A stretch of DNA of 64,000 nt from Callorhinchus milii (lineage: Eukaryota). The notes under the pieces were generated by a model. It was not told the DNA's origin. It made no database searches and saw nothing but the letters and a program-made list of their open reading frames with translations. Both the position numbers and the translations under genes were made by a program. Location: positions 120,902,001 to 120,966,000 of the forward strand of contig NW_024704742.1 of NCBI RefSeq assembly GCF_018977255.1, written 5' to 3'. This document shows positions 50,211 to 63,170 of the stretch, piece after piece; positions within the stretch are counted from its first letter, which is position 1, and each line of letters opens with the position of its first letter.

Positions 50211-52361
50211 AACAAAACAATAAATCCAAGTGATGGAGAACGAAACACCATCCCAATTATATTACAGTCATAAAACATTCCTAGATCACATTCAGCAAAG
50301 CCATACTTTCTCTGTCCCAATGATGTACCCTGAATCCCATCACCAGGTGAGCACTTCCTGCTCAAACACTATGTTCCTACTTCTCACTTGAGGAATTCAT
50401 AATAATCCTTGCATTTGATATGGCACCTTTTTAACATCCGGAAGGTGTCATAAAAAGCTTTATAACATTTACTGTAAACGGAGTGTCTTGTGCCTTTTTG
50501 GGGTTCTTTTTGTATATCTGTTAACGAGTATCCTCTCAATAACACAAGACAGTAATGTCTGTCCATCTGTATCTGACATTAGGAAAAGGATGTTCAATTT
50601 CAATGACTGAAACCATAACAGTGAAAACAAATCCATATCCTTCTTTTCATCACCTTCCAGGGCCAGTAGAGTATTGAACTCATGAAGAAATGACACTAGG
50701 TAGTTTCTCTGATATGTGGAAGGTATCTAAGCAATTTAAATCCCATACTTGTCATTCAGTTGGACAAATATTGTTTTTACATTGTGGTAGTAGTGATTTG
50801 AAATGTGGCGCCCAAATGAAGAAGCTGCCCACAGTTCAAGCTTTAACGCTGCCTCCCCATATGCAAAATATTATTAAAAATGTATTACTGAAATCTTCAA
50901 CACACAAATTATGATAGTGAAAATAGGAAAGGTGTTGAAATGTAAGGCTTTTTCTCGTTTCACTTGGCTATTTGAACTGATAAAATTAATTGCTAATGAC
51001 AATGTGCAAATACATGATTGTCTGACATCACTTCATTGCTTACATGTCGACACCAGCAATTCACACAGAATGCCGATCGCAGAATGTCATTGCATACACA
51101 TGGCAGAATATCATGCTACAGTCATTCTGGCAATGACCCTTTCCAATAGCAAGTTGGATCTTCTCTATATGGAGATCGGACTCTGAACATGGTTCTCCCA
51201 AATTCAGCACTGGAAATATATCAATTTTCATTGCAAGTTGCCTGCAGAGACGGGCAAACTTGCAATATAAAAGCAGCACTAATTGTCCGACCATGAACAA
51301 GAGGTTGAAGAAATGAGGCATGAAATCCCTTGAAGGTTAATGATTGTCCCCAAGATTGGAAAAGCAATTCAAATGATTGATAACAAAAAATCAAACTACC
51401 AGCAAAAGAATTGCTGGCATTGTCATCCAGGTAGATTTAAAACTGGAATTTTTCAAGGGCAGCCATGCCAGTCCTGCAAGATATAAAATAAAGTATTTGC
51501 ATCGACTTCAAGAATACCTCTAAACTCTTACCTGCTTGTTTTAATTTCTACTCGTATGAATTCAATGTGACAAAAAAAGGAATGCAGCTGCTACCAGCAG
51601 ATCTGCATTGCACGGGAGATTTGTTAGTGCACTTGTTGTTCATGTTTCATCAGAAGCCACAAGCACCAGGAAGACCACTCTCACAGAAGTCCCAAAAACT
51701 TCTACACCACAGTAACAGGACACAGGGCTTGCCCAGAGTTCCTGGATGAATAGCTGTTGATCTTAACCAAGTCACCCACCATGGCAAATTGTCAAGCAAA
51801 TTCATTTAGCTATTTTCTTAAGATGGCCAAAACAATTATTATACAGAGTTAGGTCCAACATTTTTGACTGTCTAAAATATGCAGACTTGAACTTCTTTAA
51901 CAAAAATAATCTGCACATTTCCTTCACTTTAAAACAAGTAGAAGTGTGATAAGGATTATATTTACAGATATTTTATATTCATGTCGGATTTGGATAATAT
52001 GGTAAATTATTAATAGTTTTTCTTCTTGTGACAATGTCTCACAGTGGTACTTGTAATATCCGCTGCCTTCCTTCTCGTCCATGACTCTTGGCAATCCTGC
52101 TGCTCTGCAGGACTGAGAATCTGATTGAGATAGGCCACAGTGCACAATGTTGCCAATGATAGGAATTAGCAGTTTTCTTTCAGAGAGGGAAATTCAAGCA
52201 AAATAAATCTATTAAAATGCAGAACTCTGATTCAATTACTCAATGGAACTTGTGATTACCCCCAATTTCTAACTAGACTTTCATCTTTTCTCCTTACCAA
52301 AATGGCACTCTCCCAGAGTTGGGATTGAACAAAATGCAGAGAGCCATAAGAATATATACAA

Positions 52362-53100
52362 CCACAACTTGCATTTATATAGCATCCTTCATGCAGGGTA
52401 GCGTCCCAGAGCACATCACAGTGGTGGAGTCTAACCCCGAGCCAGGAGGAGAGGGAGGTGACCATAAGCACAATTAAAAAGGAACGACTTGAAAGTGGGG
52501 AGGGAGGGGGCAAGGCGGAGGGATAGAGTTCCAGAGTTTTGGGGGGTAGTGGCTGAAGGCACGCCCATCGATGGTGGAGGGTAGGGGATGAGGGACAAAC
52601 AGGAGGCCGGAGCAGAGGCAGCGGGTGGTGGAGTGGGGGGGTAAGCAGGTCAAATAGATAAAGAGGTGCGAGGACATGAAGAGATTTGAAAACGGGTGAG
52701 AAGATCTTGAAATGGATCTGTTCAGTAATTGGGAGCCAGTGGAACCTGGCAAGGACTGGTGTGATGTGGGTACAGAGTTTTGTGCGGGTGAGTATCTGGA
52801 GGTGGGAGTTTTGGATTAATTGAATTTTGTGTATGGTGGATCTGGGGAAACCAGCAAGAAGGGCATTGGAATAGGTCAGCAGAAAGCGACGATGGCGTGG
52901 ACGAGGGTTTCGGCTGCCTTTGGTGTGAGGTATGGACAGAGGTGGGCATTTTAACAAGAGGTGGAAAATAGCAGTCCTGGTCAGGGAACTGACGTGGGGT
53001 AGAAAGAAAAGCTGGGGATCGAACCTGATGCCTAAGTTGCTGGGTTTGATGAGTTTGAGGGAGAGCCCGGGAAGGTTGAAGACGTTGATGGGACCCAAGG
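52362..53100 (-). mobile_element. L2 3' fragment
   Basis: ORF 52256..53098 contains NLGIRFDPQL...YSNALLAG...HWLPITEQIHFKI. Confidence 0.87.
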
Positions 53101-55064
53101 AATATAAGTAAGTGCAGATGACAGACTCTCGCCAAATTTGAAATAATTATTTTTTTCCATGTAGAGATATTCACAAATTCCTCCAGAAATTAAATCTGAG
53201 GTTAAATGATCCTTTATTAATGCTGCTTTGTTTGCCTTCACTTCTTTTTAATGAAGTCTAAAAGGGATAAACTACAATTATGGGTGCACGCTTAACAGCT
53301 ACAATATCTCCTCTTGCATGACACTTGGTGAAATATATAACTGCAAAAAAATGTATTTAGTCTAGGCAATGCATCAACAATGGGGTCATTATTTACAATT
53401 TTGTTGCTTTCTTACATCACTTACAATTCCAAGCCCAAATTAAAGAGAGAAAAACTGCAAATCCACAGCAGGTAAATAAACATCTAAAAAGAAAAAAAGA
53501 ATGTAGCAGGGCTGGTAATTCAAGCTTTTTTCAGTTCCAAAAACAGAAAGACATGTTGATGAAATATGCTGTTATCACACCAAACAGAGCTGAAAATTGC
53601 AGGTCATTTTCACATACAATGAATGCAGCCGTATACACTTGAACCAAGCTCACAGCACAGCAACAGTTGCAGCATAGCATCAATAAACAAATGCCTACCA
53701 ATACTGTAACAAGCTAGAATGTTCATTAGCAAATAAAATAAATGTGCCTATATCTTTCTGTTAATGATCACCACCTAGCTGTCCAGAGTAAGAGAGGAGA
53801 AAAGCACTTCCCCACAAGAGCAGAAGAAAAATTGAGCCATAAAATTGACCCAAGCCATTGAAGGAAACAACAAATATAGTTTCTTAAGTGCACAATAAAT
53901 TACCATGAAACAGCTCCCTAGCTTCACATATTTGAAGTAGGACATGATAAAAACGTTTCTACTGGCGATTGTTACATTTTTGAGTCAAGGAAAAAAAGCA
54001 AAGCGAAACATTCACTTTTAAATTTTATGGTAAAGATTACAAAATACATTGCAGAGCTGTTATACTATAAAACAGCAACAACAACTTGATTTATGTAGTA
54101 CCCTTCATATAGACCTGCCCCGGAGTGCTTAACAGTGGCGGAGTCTGACATACTTCTTTATAGCATTAATTTGGTTACAACGTGGTGCAGTGAGTACCCC
54201 GTTCACTGCTCATGTTCATGCAAAAAGTCAGCTTCTGGGTCATCAGAGTACTGTTGATGTCGCTTTCTGCTCCGCGAATACACAGTAAAGACGAAGTGGC
54301 ATTGGCAGTGATTAATGACCTAGAGTGGTCCATTTTTCTATTAGTATAGGAACTGGTGGCTGCATACATATGCAGTGAAAGTGTCTATCATAGAACCAGT
54401 TGGGATTAGAATGGAATATCAACCACTGTATTATAATGAGGCTCCACCATGCTTGATCAAACCTCTTACTTTGCAAACAGGTTAAGCTAATGTTATTTGA
54501 AATAATTATTTTAAAAGATTTGAGTTCCAATATCAGAATTTCAAATAACAATTAATTTATAATTCTGTTATTAACTTCTGTCAATCCACTCTAATTAATT
54601 TTCTATTTCTAAAGTGCATTATTTCCTGAGAGTGACGGGTTTTGCACAATGGAGATTTGCAAATTAAAATTGCTAATTGTATGTTGAAATGCAAAGGATT
54701 AAAATCACCCGTTGTATTGAAGAGAAATAAATTATGCAACATCCAAGAAATATCAAAATGTCAAAATTGTCCGTCAATGAAGCTATTCCTGTAGTTGGGT
54801 TAAATGGTGGGAAAAATTTACTTCCGATTTTGAATTTAGTTCCATTCATTCTATTCAGTGATTTCCTCGATCAATATTTGCGCCCGACTTTAAAAGCAAA
54901 CTATAATCAAGTTAAACGACTAAACTTCACCTATGAAAATTAGATGCAAAGCTATTTGAGAATCAATTAAAGGCTTTGTACTCCCAATACACATCTGGCG
55001 AGTTGCAACATTTTTTAAAAAATTAATAACTTATATAACACGAGGTGGAATAATTTATATAACC

Positions 55065-56065
55065 CAGTCACCTCCGGGGTACCCCAGGGATCCATCCTTG
55101 GCCCTCTTCTTTTCCTTATCTATATGCTCCTTCTGGGCGATGTCATCTGCAGACATGGGACATTTATGCGATGACACACAAATCTACTTTGCCACTTCCA
55201 GGGCGCCAATGTTCTATCAGCTTGTCTGGCAGACATCAAGGCCTGGATGAGTGTAAACTTTGTGCGGTTGAATATGGACAAGACGGAAGCCATACTTTTT
55301 GGCTCCCATCAACCTGTTCACTCCTGCAGATCTAAACTCCTCAACCAACCAGCATGCGATCTAGGTGTCTAGTTCAACCCCCAGCTGTCCTTCCTCCCCA
55401 TAACCAGATCCTGACCAGGACAGCCTGCTTCCATCTCCGCCACATTGCCCGCCTCCAACCATACCTTACCCCAAATGCAGCCGAAATCCTCATGCATGCA
55501 TTTGTCACGTACCACTTTGATTACTCAAATGCACTTCTCGCTGGTCTCCCAAGCTCCACCATTCACAAGATTCCACTCATTCAAAACTCTGCCGCCCGAA
55601 TGCTGACCCGGACCAAACTCCGAACCCACATCTCACCAGTTCTGGCCAGGCTCCACAGGCTGTCCATCACCGAACGGATCAACTTCAAGATCCTCACTCT
55701 CGTGTTCAAATCCATTCACTCCCTGGCACGTCCCTAACTCTCTGACCTCCTCACTCTCCAATTCACCACCCAGTGCCTCTGCTCGACTGGTATCGGTCTC
55801 CTGCTTGTCCCTCGCTCCATCCGCCCCACCATCGGAGATTGTGCTTTCAGCCACTACTCCCCAAACCTCTGGAACACTCTCCCTTAGTCCCTCCGCCTTG
55901 CCCCCTTTCTCCCCTCTTTCAAGTCCCACCTGAAAACTTGCCTCTTCGACCATTCTTACGGCCACCTCCCCCCTCCCACTGGCTCCAAGTCAGGCTCCGC
56001 TACTGTTAAGCGCTCTGAGTCGCTATCCTGCGTGGAGGGCATTATATAAGTGCATGTTGTTGTTG
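55065..56065 (+). mobile_element. L2 RT-to-3'-end fragment
   Basis: ggggtaccccagggatccatccttggccct ([10 protein letters not shown]); ORF 55354..55737 contains FDYSNALLAG; tail gcattatataagtgcatgttgttgtt. Confidence 0.9.
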
Positions 56066-56508
56066 GAAAATTACTAACAGCACAGTGATTGCATATTATC
56101 CTTCCATCTCTAAGATCTTGTTTTAAATGCGTCTGTCTCAGTCAGCTTTAAGGATTCCAAGTTAGTTGAGTTTAAATTATCATATCCCATTTTGCTGCAA
56201 ATATAATTATACACCATAAAACTAGAACATCTCAACCAGACATACCATCAAAATGATTCGTACAAGAAAGAGAAATATCTTGAGGCAGTGTGGAGGAGGA
56301 ACAAATAACTGTCTGGTATAAAACATTTTCAATTTATGCCTGTGCTTTACCATGCAATGTACGACATCTTTCTTTGATGTAATCCGGCACACAAGAAGTT
56401 ATCCACCATATCCACCATGCCACTTGTATCCTCTAAGAATATCAGATGCCATAAAGATAGTAGAAACACATTTGTAGTTCCTTTTAAATCAACAAGATTA
56501 TTGTCATT

Positions 56509-56808
56509 TGGAGTCCTGTAGCTCAGTGGTTAGAGCACTCGCTTTGCAAGCAAGACACCTGGGTTCAATTCCAGGCAGGGCCAAACCTTGGGCAAGTTTC
56601 CTTACTCCACACGCCTGATAATAATCCCCAAAATAAAACAATAATAAATTGGTCATTTTTAATCCACAACTGTTTGAGGGACACTGCTGTGCGCAATTGG
56701 CTGCACAATATACAGTCAATTAACTTTACAGAATATTCTGTGAAGCGCTTTGAGACGTCTAGAAGACGTGAAAAAAGCACTACATCAAATGCAAGTATTA
56801 TTATTATT
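56509..56808 (+). mobile_element. Full-length tRNA-headed SINE
   Basis: ggagtcctgtagctcagtggttagagc...tattattatta. Confidence 0.9.
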
Positions 56809-56904
56809 AAACAGAAGTATGCAGAGTCAGACCAACAGCTGAGCTATGAAGGAGTAATATCTTTCAGAGGCTATCAAATCCTGTTAGCAATTTAGTGCTT
56901 AACA

Positions 56905-57645
56905 CAGCATCACCATCCAAGGATGCACACTCCACCTCACCGAGCCACTCCAGCATCTAGTTTGATCCTCAACTGTCCTTTCTCCCCTACATCTGTGCCA
57001 TGTCCCGCTTTGCCTTCCCCCATCTCTGCAATATTGCCCAGCTCTGCCATTACCTCACCCCTCAGGCCACCGAAACCCTCATCCACACATTCATCACATC
57101 TAGGCTCGACTACGCCAACTCTCTGCTTGTCGGCCTTCCCAACTCGTTCCTCCACAAGCCGCAGATCATCCAGAACTCTGCAGCTTGTGTCCTCTCCGGA
57201 ACCAAGCTCCGTGACCCCATCACCCCCACCCGGCTTCCTATCACACAGAAGATACAGTTTAAGATCCTGGTCCTCACCTTCAAAGCCCTCCATGGCCTTG
57301 CTCCTCCCTATCTCTGTAACCTCCTAACCCCCTACCAACCTGCCTGCTCCGTCCACTCAGTGGGTTCCAGCCAACTTCATATCCCTCGCCCGGCCCTATC
57401 CACCGTCGGATGCCGGGCCTTCAGCCTTTCTGTCTCCACTTTATGGAACTCCATCCCACATTCCCTTCGCCTCACTCCCTAGCCTCCTTCAAGGTGTGTC
57501 TCAAAACCCTCCTCGTCAAGCCTCCTACCCTCACTGCCCTCCACCCTCCTCGATCCCCCAGCTCGTGTCCAATTCCTTGACTGTCCATTGCCTTGGGACG
57601 TCCTCCCAATGTGAAAGGGCTATACAAATGTCATTTTCTATTGTA
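56905..57645 (+). mobile_element. L2 3' fragment
   Basis: ORF 57000..57482 contains SRLDYANSLLVG...FKALHGLAPPYL..LWNSIP; L2 tail present. Confidence 0.9.
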
Positions 57646-58365
57646 TTTTGTATTAACAAGTTAAGAATGCTAAATGCCGATTGATTTTATGCTGGATTCC
57701 GCGGGGAGAATTCTGGGTTTGAACTGAGAGCTACAAGGAAAGGTAATTGTCACAATTGTCATGTTAACGTAGGAAGGAAAATGTAGTGTAGAGTAGATCT
57801 ATTTAACAGTGCCTTCAATTAGACAAAATGAAATAATGGCAGCTGCAGCAGACGTTACAATAACAGTTGCTACACTTTACAGTAAAATCCTGTGAGAAAC
57901 TTTGAGATGTGACACTATATCAAATGCAAGGATTTATTATTATTAGGAAGTTAGACCCTTCCACTATCCAAACCTGTATCAAAATGTAAAAAATTATAAA
58001 TTCAAGTAATTTTTTTCAAGATATGTGTGCTGCAATTGATCCACGCGCATCTGATTGTATACCACTTGATGCTGAGTGCATAGTAGAATCATGTTCCTTC
58101 CATTTCCAAGAATATTCATCGATTATCAGAATAAATATATTTACAAATAAAGCGCAATGGACATTGCTTGCTCGGTTATTGTCCATTACAATTTGCCCAA
58201 CGCCTCAGAAATATTTCAGAATGTCATCAGATTTGTCAAATGCACTTCCAGCAGCTAAAAGCTATGTCATTTCACATCATAAGTGTTTTATTCCAACATC
58301 CTACTACTGCCATTTGCTTTCATATTTTTTTTCAATGTCTATTTACAACAATTAAGATATCAGCC

Positions 58366-58797
58366 TGGCTCAGTTGATAACATTTTCACCCTTTGAGTGT
58401 GATGTTGCAGGTTCAAGGCTCTCATTGGAACTTTGAACTCACAGACAAGGCTGGCAATCAGATGCATTACTGGGGGAGTGCTGCATTTGTCAGAATTGCC
58501 ATCTTTGGGATGTGATGCTTAAAGCAAGGCCCTATCTGCTTATTTGGGTGGATGTTAAAGATCCCATAGCATTATTCAAAAAGAGAATGAAGTTCTTGCC
58601 GCTTCCTGGCCAGCAATTGCACAGATAAAATTGGTCATTTACTTCAAGGCTGTTTTTGGGACATTGCTATGTGCAACCTGGCTGCTGCGTTCATCTACAA
58701 AATACACACTCAACATTCTCCAGTAAAATTCTGTGTAGCTCTCTGGGATGTCTCAATGATGTGGTGAGGCATTATGTGAAATGCAAAGATTATTATT
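58366..58797 (+). mobile_element. Full-length older Deu-domain SINE (SacSINE1/AmnSINE1-like)
   Basis: tggctcagttg...ggttcaag...ggagtgctgca...gtggatgttaaagatcccatagcattattcaaaaagag...(ATT)n. Confidence 0.8.
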
Positions 58798-59249
58798 AAT
58801 TGAAAAANTTACACTTTTCATAAAAGGTTAAATATCTCAATGATTCAAAGTTGTTAGGCAGTGCCGAATAATAAGAAAATTTTAAGGCAAATGACTAAGA
58901 AATGTGTCTTTAAAAAGTTTGGAATGCAATGGCCCTGTGCACACTATAAATTAGACTAAAAATATCAAACTAATTTCCAATAGGACCCAGATAAAGTTGG
59001 TTTGGATTACATGGTTGGATTACATTATATCTGGAACCCAAGTCCCTGAAACAAAAGGTAATGTATTAAACTATTTGCCACCCAGCCCTTAAAGTACACA
59101 ATGATAATGGTAACAGAATTTTACAGGTTACAGTTTCAAGGATAATTCCTTTCCTAAAAACAAGTTGCTAATATTTATGTTTTCTGTACAGAATATCCTG
59201 ATCAAAAAGTTTTCAATACTTATCAGGTGACAAAAGTAAAAGTCAGGAC

Positions 59250-59330
59250 CTTAAGTACTTGAACTTTTCCTTCAGTGGTGATATCCTTCAGCAAGTCACA
59301 GAAGGACTGGCAGAGACCAGCTGCAAAATT
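59250..59330 (-). CDS. IPO11: Importin-11 internal coding exon (NFAAGLCQSFCDLLKDITTEGKVQVLK), phase 0-0
   Basis: Manual translation matches recalled vertebrate importin-11 (TYAVGLCQSFCELLKEITTEGQVQVLK). Acceptor ttgcag, donor gtcctg, 81 nt. Confidence 0.92.
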
Positions 59331-60602
59331 CTGCAATGATAAAAATCCAGTGTTAAATGATTTCTATATTAGCATCAATTTGTAAAATATCTTAATCACA
59401 TATTATGGTAACTAGACAGCTTAGCTTGCACAAGTCTATTAACTTTTGATGAGTCAACGAACATAACTTGGTCCTCAGAGACAATTCTAATATTAGCATG
59501 ACTTTTGAAGGATTGCAGGAAACATCTTGAAGGATATCCAATATAAGATGTTTAATTAAAGACATGCATTTTGTTGGGACAATAATAATTATGAATTTGA
59601 AGTAAGCTGAGCATAGATTTTAACCATGGGCTCAAATGAATTTTCAGCAGGCTGAAAGGATTATGCAAAAAAGTAGTTAGTTTTACAAATGATGGATATT
59701 TAAGCCTACACAAATGCAAGTGAAAGTTGATATTGATGGATGTAATAAGACTTCTCTTACAATCTTTACTTGCTCTTCCATTTTAATATATTAACATTGT
59801 TTAGAAATAAGTTGTTGAAACTCAAACTGCATTTATTTTAAATTATGCTTATGAAGTGTTTTTACAAAAACTAATTCTTGTGATATGCATGAGCAATATT
59901 GACAGAATCAACATTTATTGCCCTTCCTGTTGCCCTGATAATCTGGTGGTAGGCCTTCTACTTAAGCTTATGCAGTTCTTGTGGCAGTGGTATTCCCATG
60001 ATAGGGATACGGAGTTCCAGGATTTTGCTCCAGCTTACAGAAATGCTGCCATAACAAAGTGCTTTCATTTCTAGCACTTCATTTCATTTCTTATTATTAT
60101 CACTACCAATTGTCTTAGAATATTTGGAAGAGCCACTTTGATAACACATGACTTATGCAACTTTAAAGGAAAATATCTCAAAAGTTATCCACTATCAACA
60201 CATTCACCAAACTATATTGTAAACATATTGTGCTAGTATTAATTCTCAATTTTAATAAGCGAGGGAAAATTCCACATTTGGATCCATTTACTTGTTCAAG
60301 AATCTTAACAATCAAAAGGCAACAAAAGCCTCTGAGATCTCTTTTGTAGATGTCTTGATGGAATCTCATAATTAGGAGCCTTGACAAACATAACTGCACT
60401 CAATTTATTCAAACTAAGAAAGTTCTCAAACTCTGTCAAAATGTACTGCTACAACAGCATGCCAGACAAGACTAGATTCTCATCAATACAACAACAACAA
60501 AATTACATTTGTATAGCGCCTTTCACGTCAGGAGGATGTCCCAAATACAGTACATATACATATATTATATATATGTGGGCTTTCCTGCTGTTTCCTGCTT
60601 AA

Positions 60603-61228
60603 ATAACCCTTGCATTTGATATAGCGCTTTTCATGTATTCTAGACGTCTCAAAGCACTTCACAGAATATATTGTAAAGTGAATTTTATTGTATATTTGTG
60701 GGCGAAGCGCGCAGCAAATTGCGTACAGCAATGTCCCACAAACAGTTGTGGATTGAAGTGACAATTTTTTTTTATTGTTTTGTTTTTTCTTGAGGGATTG
60801 TGGAGTCCTGTAGCTCAGTGGTTAGAGCACTTCTTTTGCAAGTGAGAGACCTGAGTTCAATTCCAGGCAGGGCGAAACCTTGGGCAAGTTTCCTTACTCC
60901 ACACGCCTAATAATAATCCTTCCAAAAAAACAAAATAATAAATTGGTCATTTTCAATCCATGACTGTTTGTTGGACATTGCTGTGCGCAATTGGCTGCCG
61001 CGTTTGCCCACAAATATACAGTCAATTCACGTTACAGTATATTCTGTGAAGTGCTTTGGGACGTCTAGAAAACGTGAAAAGCGCTGTATCAAATGCAGGG
61101 ATTATTATTTATTATTATTATTAGGTATGGAGTAAGGAAACTTGCCTAAGGTTTTGCCCTGCCGGGAATCAAATCCAGATTTCTCGCTTGCAAGACGAGT
61201 GCTCTAACCACTGAGCTCCAGGGCTCCA
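60603..61228. mobile_element. Minus-strand SINE with a plus-strand copy of the same family nested inside (~60801-61120)
   Basis: Minus-copy tail at 60603-60800 and head at 61121-61228 flank a complete plus-strand copy. Confidence 0.88.
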
Positions 61229-62149
61229 CTTAGCCTGGCCTTCCATCCTCACTGTTTGTGTCTCCCATCATTTAAAAGACCTAGATCATGACTCACACAA
61301 ACTTTTCTCCAATCATTTTTTTTTGTTTGTTTTTTAGAGTTGTTGGTAACTCCTCGCACTCTGAATCATCCTTGTCCATGTCCTTTGAACCCTCTCCAGG
61401 GTATCAATATGCTTCTGAAGGTAGGACAATAATAATCCTTACATTTGGTACATACAGCGCCTTTCACATCAGGATGTCCCAAAGCACTTTACAGGATTCA
61501 TTGTGAAGTGGAGTGACTGTGTTTTATGGGCAAACGTGGCAGCCAATTTGTGCACAGCAATGTCCCATGAAACAGCCATGAAGTTAATGAAGAATCTTAT
61601 TTGGAGATTATCCAATACTGCAAACGAGATTCTAAATGTGGCCTCACAAGAGGACATGATTCAGCCGTACACATCTTTGCAGCTTACCATTTAAATATGT
61701 ATTGCCTTTATACACTGAAGTCAATCTACCTGTCCTTTACACATCTACTTATTAGAAAACAAAATATTTGGCACCATGGCTTAGCTTATTGCATCAAAAA
61801 GTAGTTGACTAAATTATATTTTTCTCATATCCAGTCCTTTTGAGGCATATTCATTTCGGATTCTATGCTTATCAGCTCAAGTTAAACAGTCTGTTTGGAA
61901 TATACATTATTTTCCCCTTCCAACGTTTTAAAAATTTGTTCAGTTTTTCTTCAAGTTCAGTTGTAAGTATCTATTTGGAATAATTTGCCACTCTGAGCCC
62001 TTTCTTATGATCAATGACCTTTGGAAAGTCATGTTGATCATATTCTAAATGTAAAGGGTCATTATTATTTATTTTTATGTTCATCACCTGGTTATGTAGC
62101 TCACCAATATCAGAAACATTTAAATCACAAGTACTCTGCTGCTTAACAA

Positions 62150-62345
62150 CAACAACAAAACTAAATTTACAGAGCGCCTTTCACGTCGGGAGGATGTCCC
62201 AATCCCAAAGCGCTTTGCATCAGCGAAATATCTCAAAGTGCTTCAAAGAATATACTGTAAAGTGAATTGACTAGATTTTGTGGGTGAAATGTGGCAGCCA
62301 ATTGCGCACAGCAGTGTCTCACAAACAGTCATGGATTAAGTGATG
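62150..62345 (-). mobile_element. SINE 3' half plus L2 tail stub
   Basis: agcgcctttcacgtcgggaggatgtccca followed by agtgaattgact...gcagccaattgcgcacagc. Confidence 0.75.
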
Positions 62346-62974
62346 AATTTAGAAAGATCACCCGAAAAAAAGATTTTTGGGGAAAAAAAATTGGGAGCTT
62401 GTGATTTCTTTTATCTTTATCGCAGCCATTTTCTCGGTCACCCTCTGTGAGGCCGGCACTTGGGTGGGTGGCAAAGCAGGGGCATTCCCATACAGCCATG
62501 GTTCATAAAATAAACTTAAAATATACTTAACAGTTTATGATTCATATAAATGGCACTTTTCCACTTCAGCTAGCTGATTTGTTATTAGCATAATTCCTTG
62601 AACCAAAGCCACATTCAAATTAAGTGCCACATTCATGAAAGTTTGAATGCCCTGCAAAACTCTAATCTAATTGCATAAATTGAATAGCCATTATCAGGGC
62701 CAATAGAAAAATGCAGAAATATTTGCCAAAAAATTGCGGGGAAATTTGACAAATTTTGCAGAGCATTGAAGCGAGTTGATTGGTGCTATGAGAGCTGCAT
62801 TTTACTGCCAACCTACATTTTTTCACTTTACTGATAAAACTAAACATGACGAAATAATACATATTAGATTGTTGCAGAGACAATCATTAATGCTTTCTTT
62901 AACAAGCCTGGGGTGGGGGTAGATTTAGTCCTGGGGCTCCACCTCCTGCTTCTTGGAGCCTGCCACTGCACATC

Positions 62975-63170
62975 GACAGAGAGAGAGAGACACACTCACA
63001 CAGACATGCTCACAGAAAGATAGAGAGACACAGAAACTCAGACACATAAAGCGACACACGCTCAGACACAGAAAGAGACATACGCTCACATACAAAGACA
63101 GACACCATGTACAGACACAGAGAGACATACTCACAGACAGAGAGGCACACACACTCTCTCACACACACAA
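62975..63170. repeat. Degenerate (CA)/(GA) microsatellite adjoining the L2 tail
   Basis: gacagagagagagacacactcacacagac...cacacactctctcacacacac. Confidence 0.85.
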
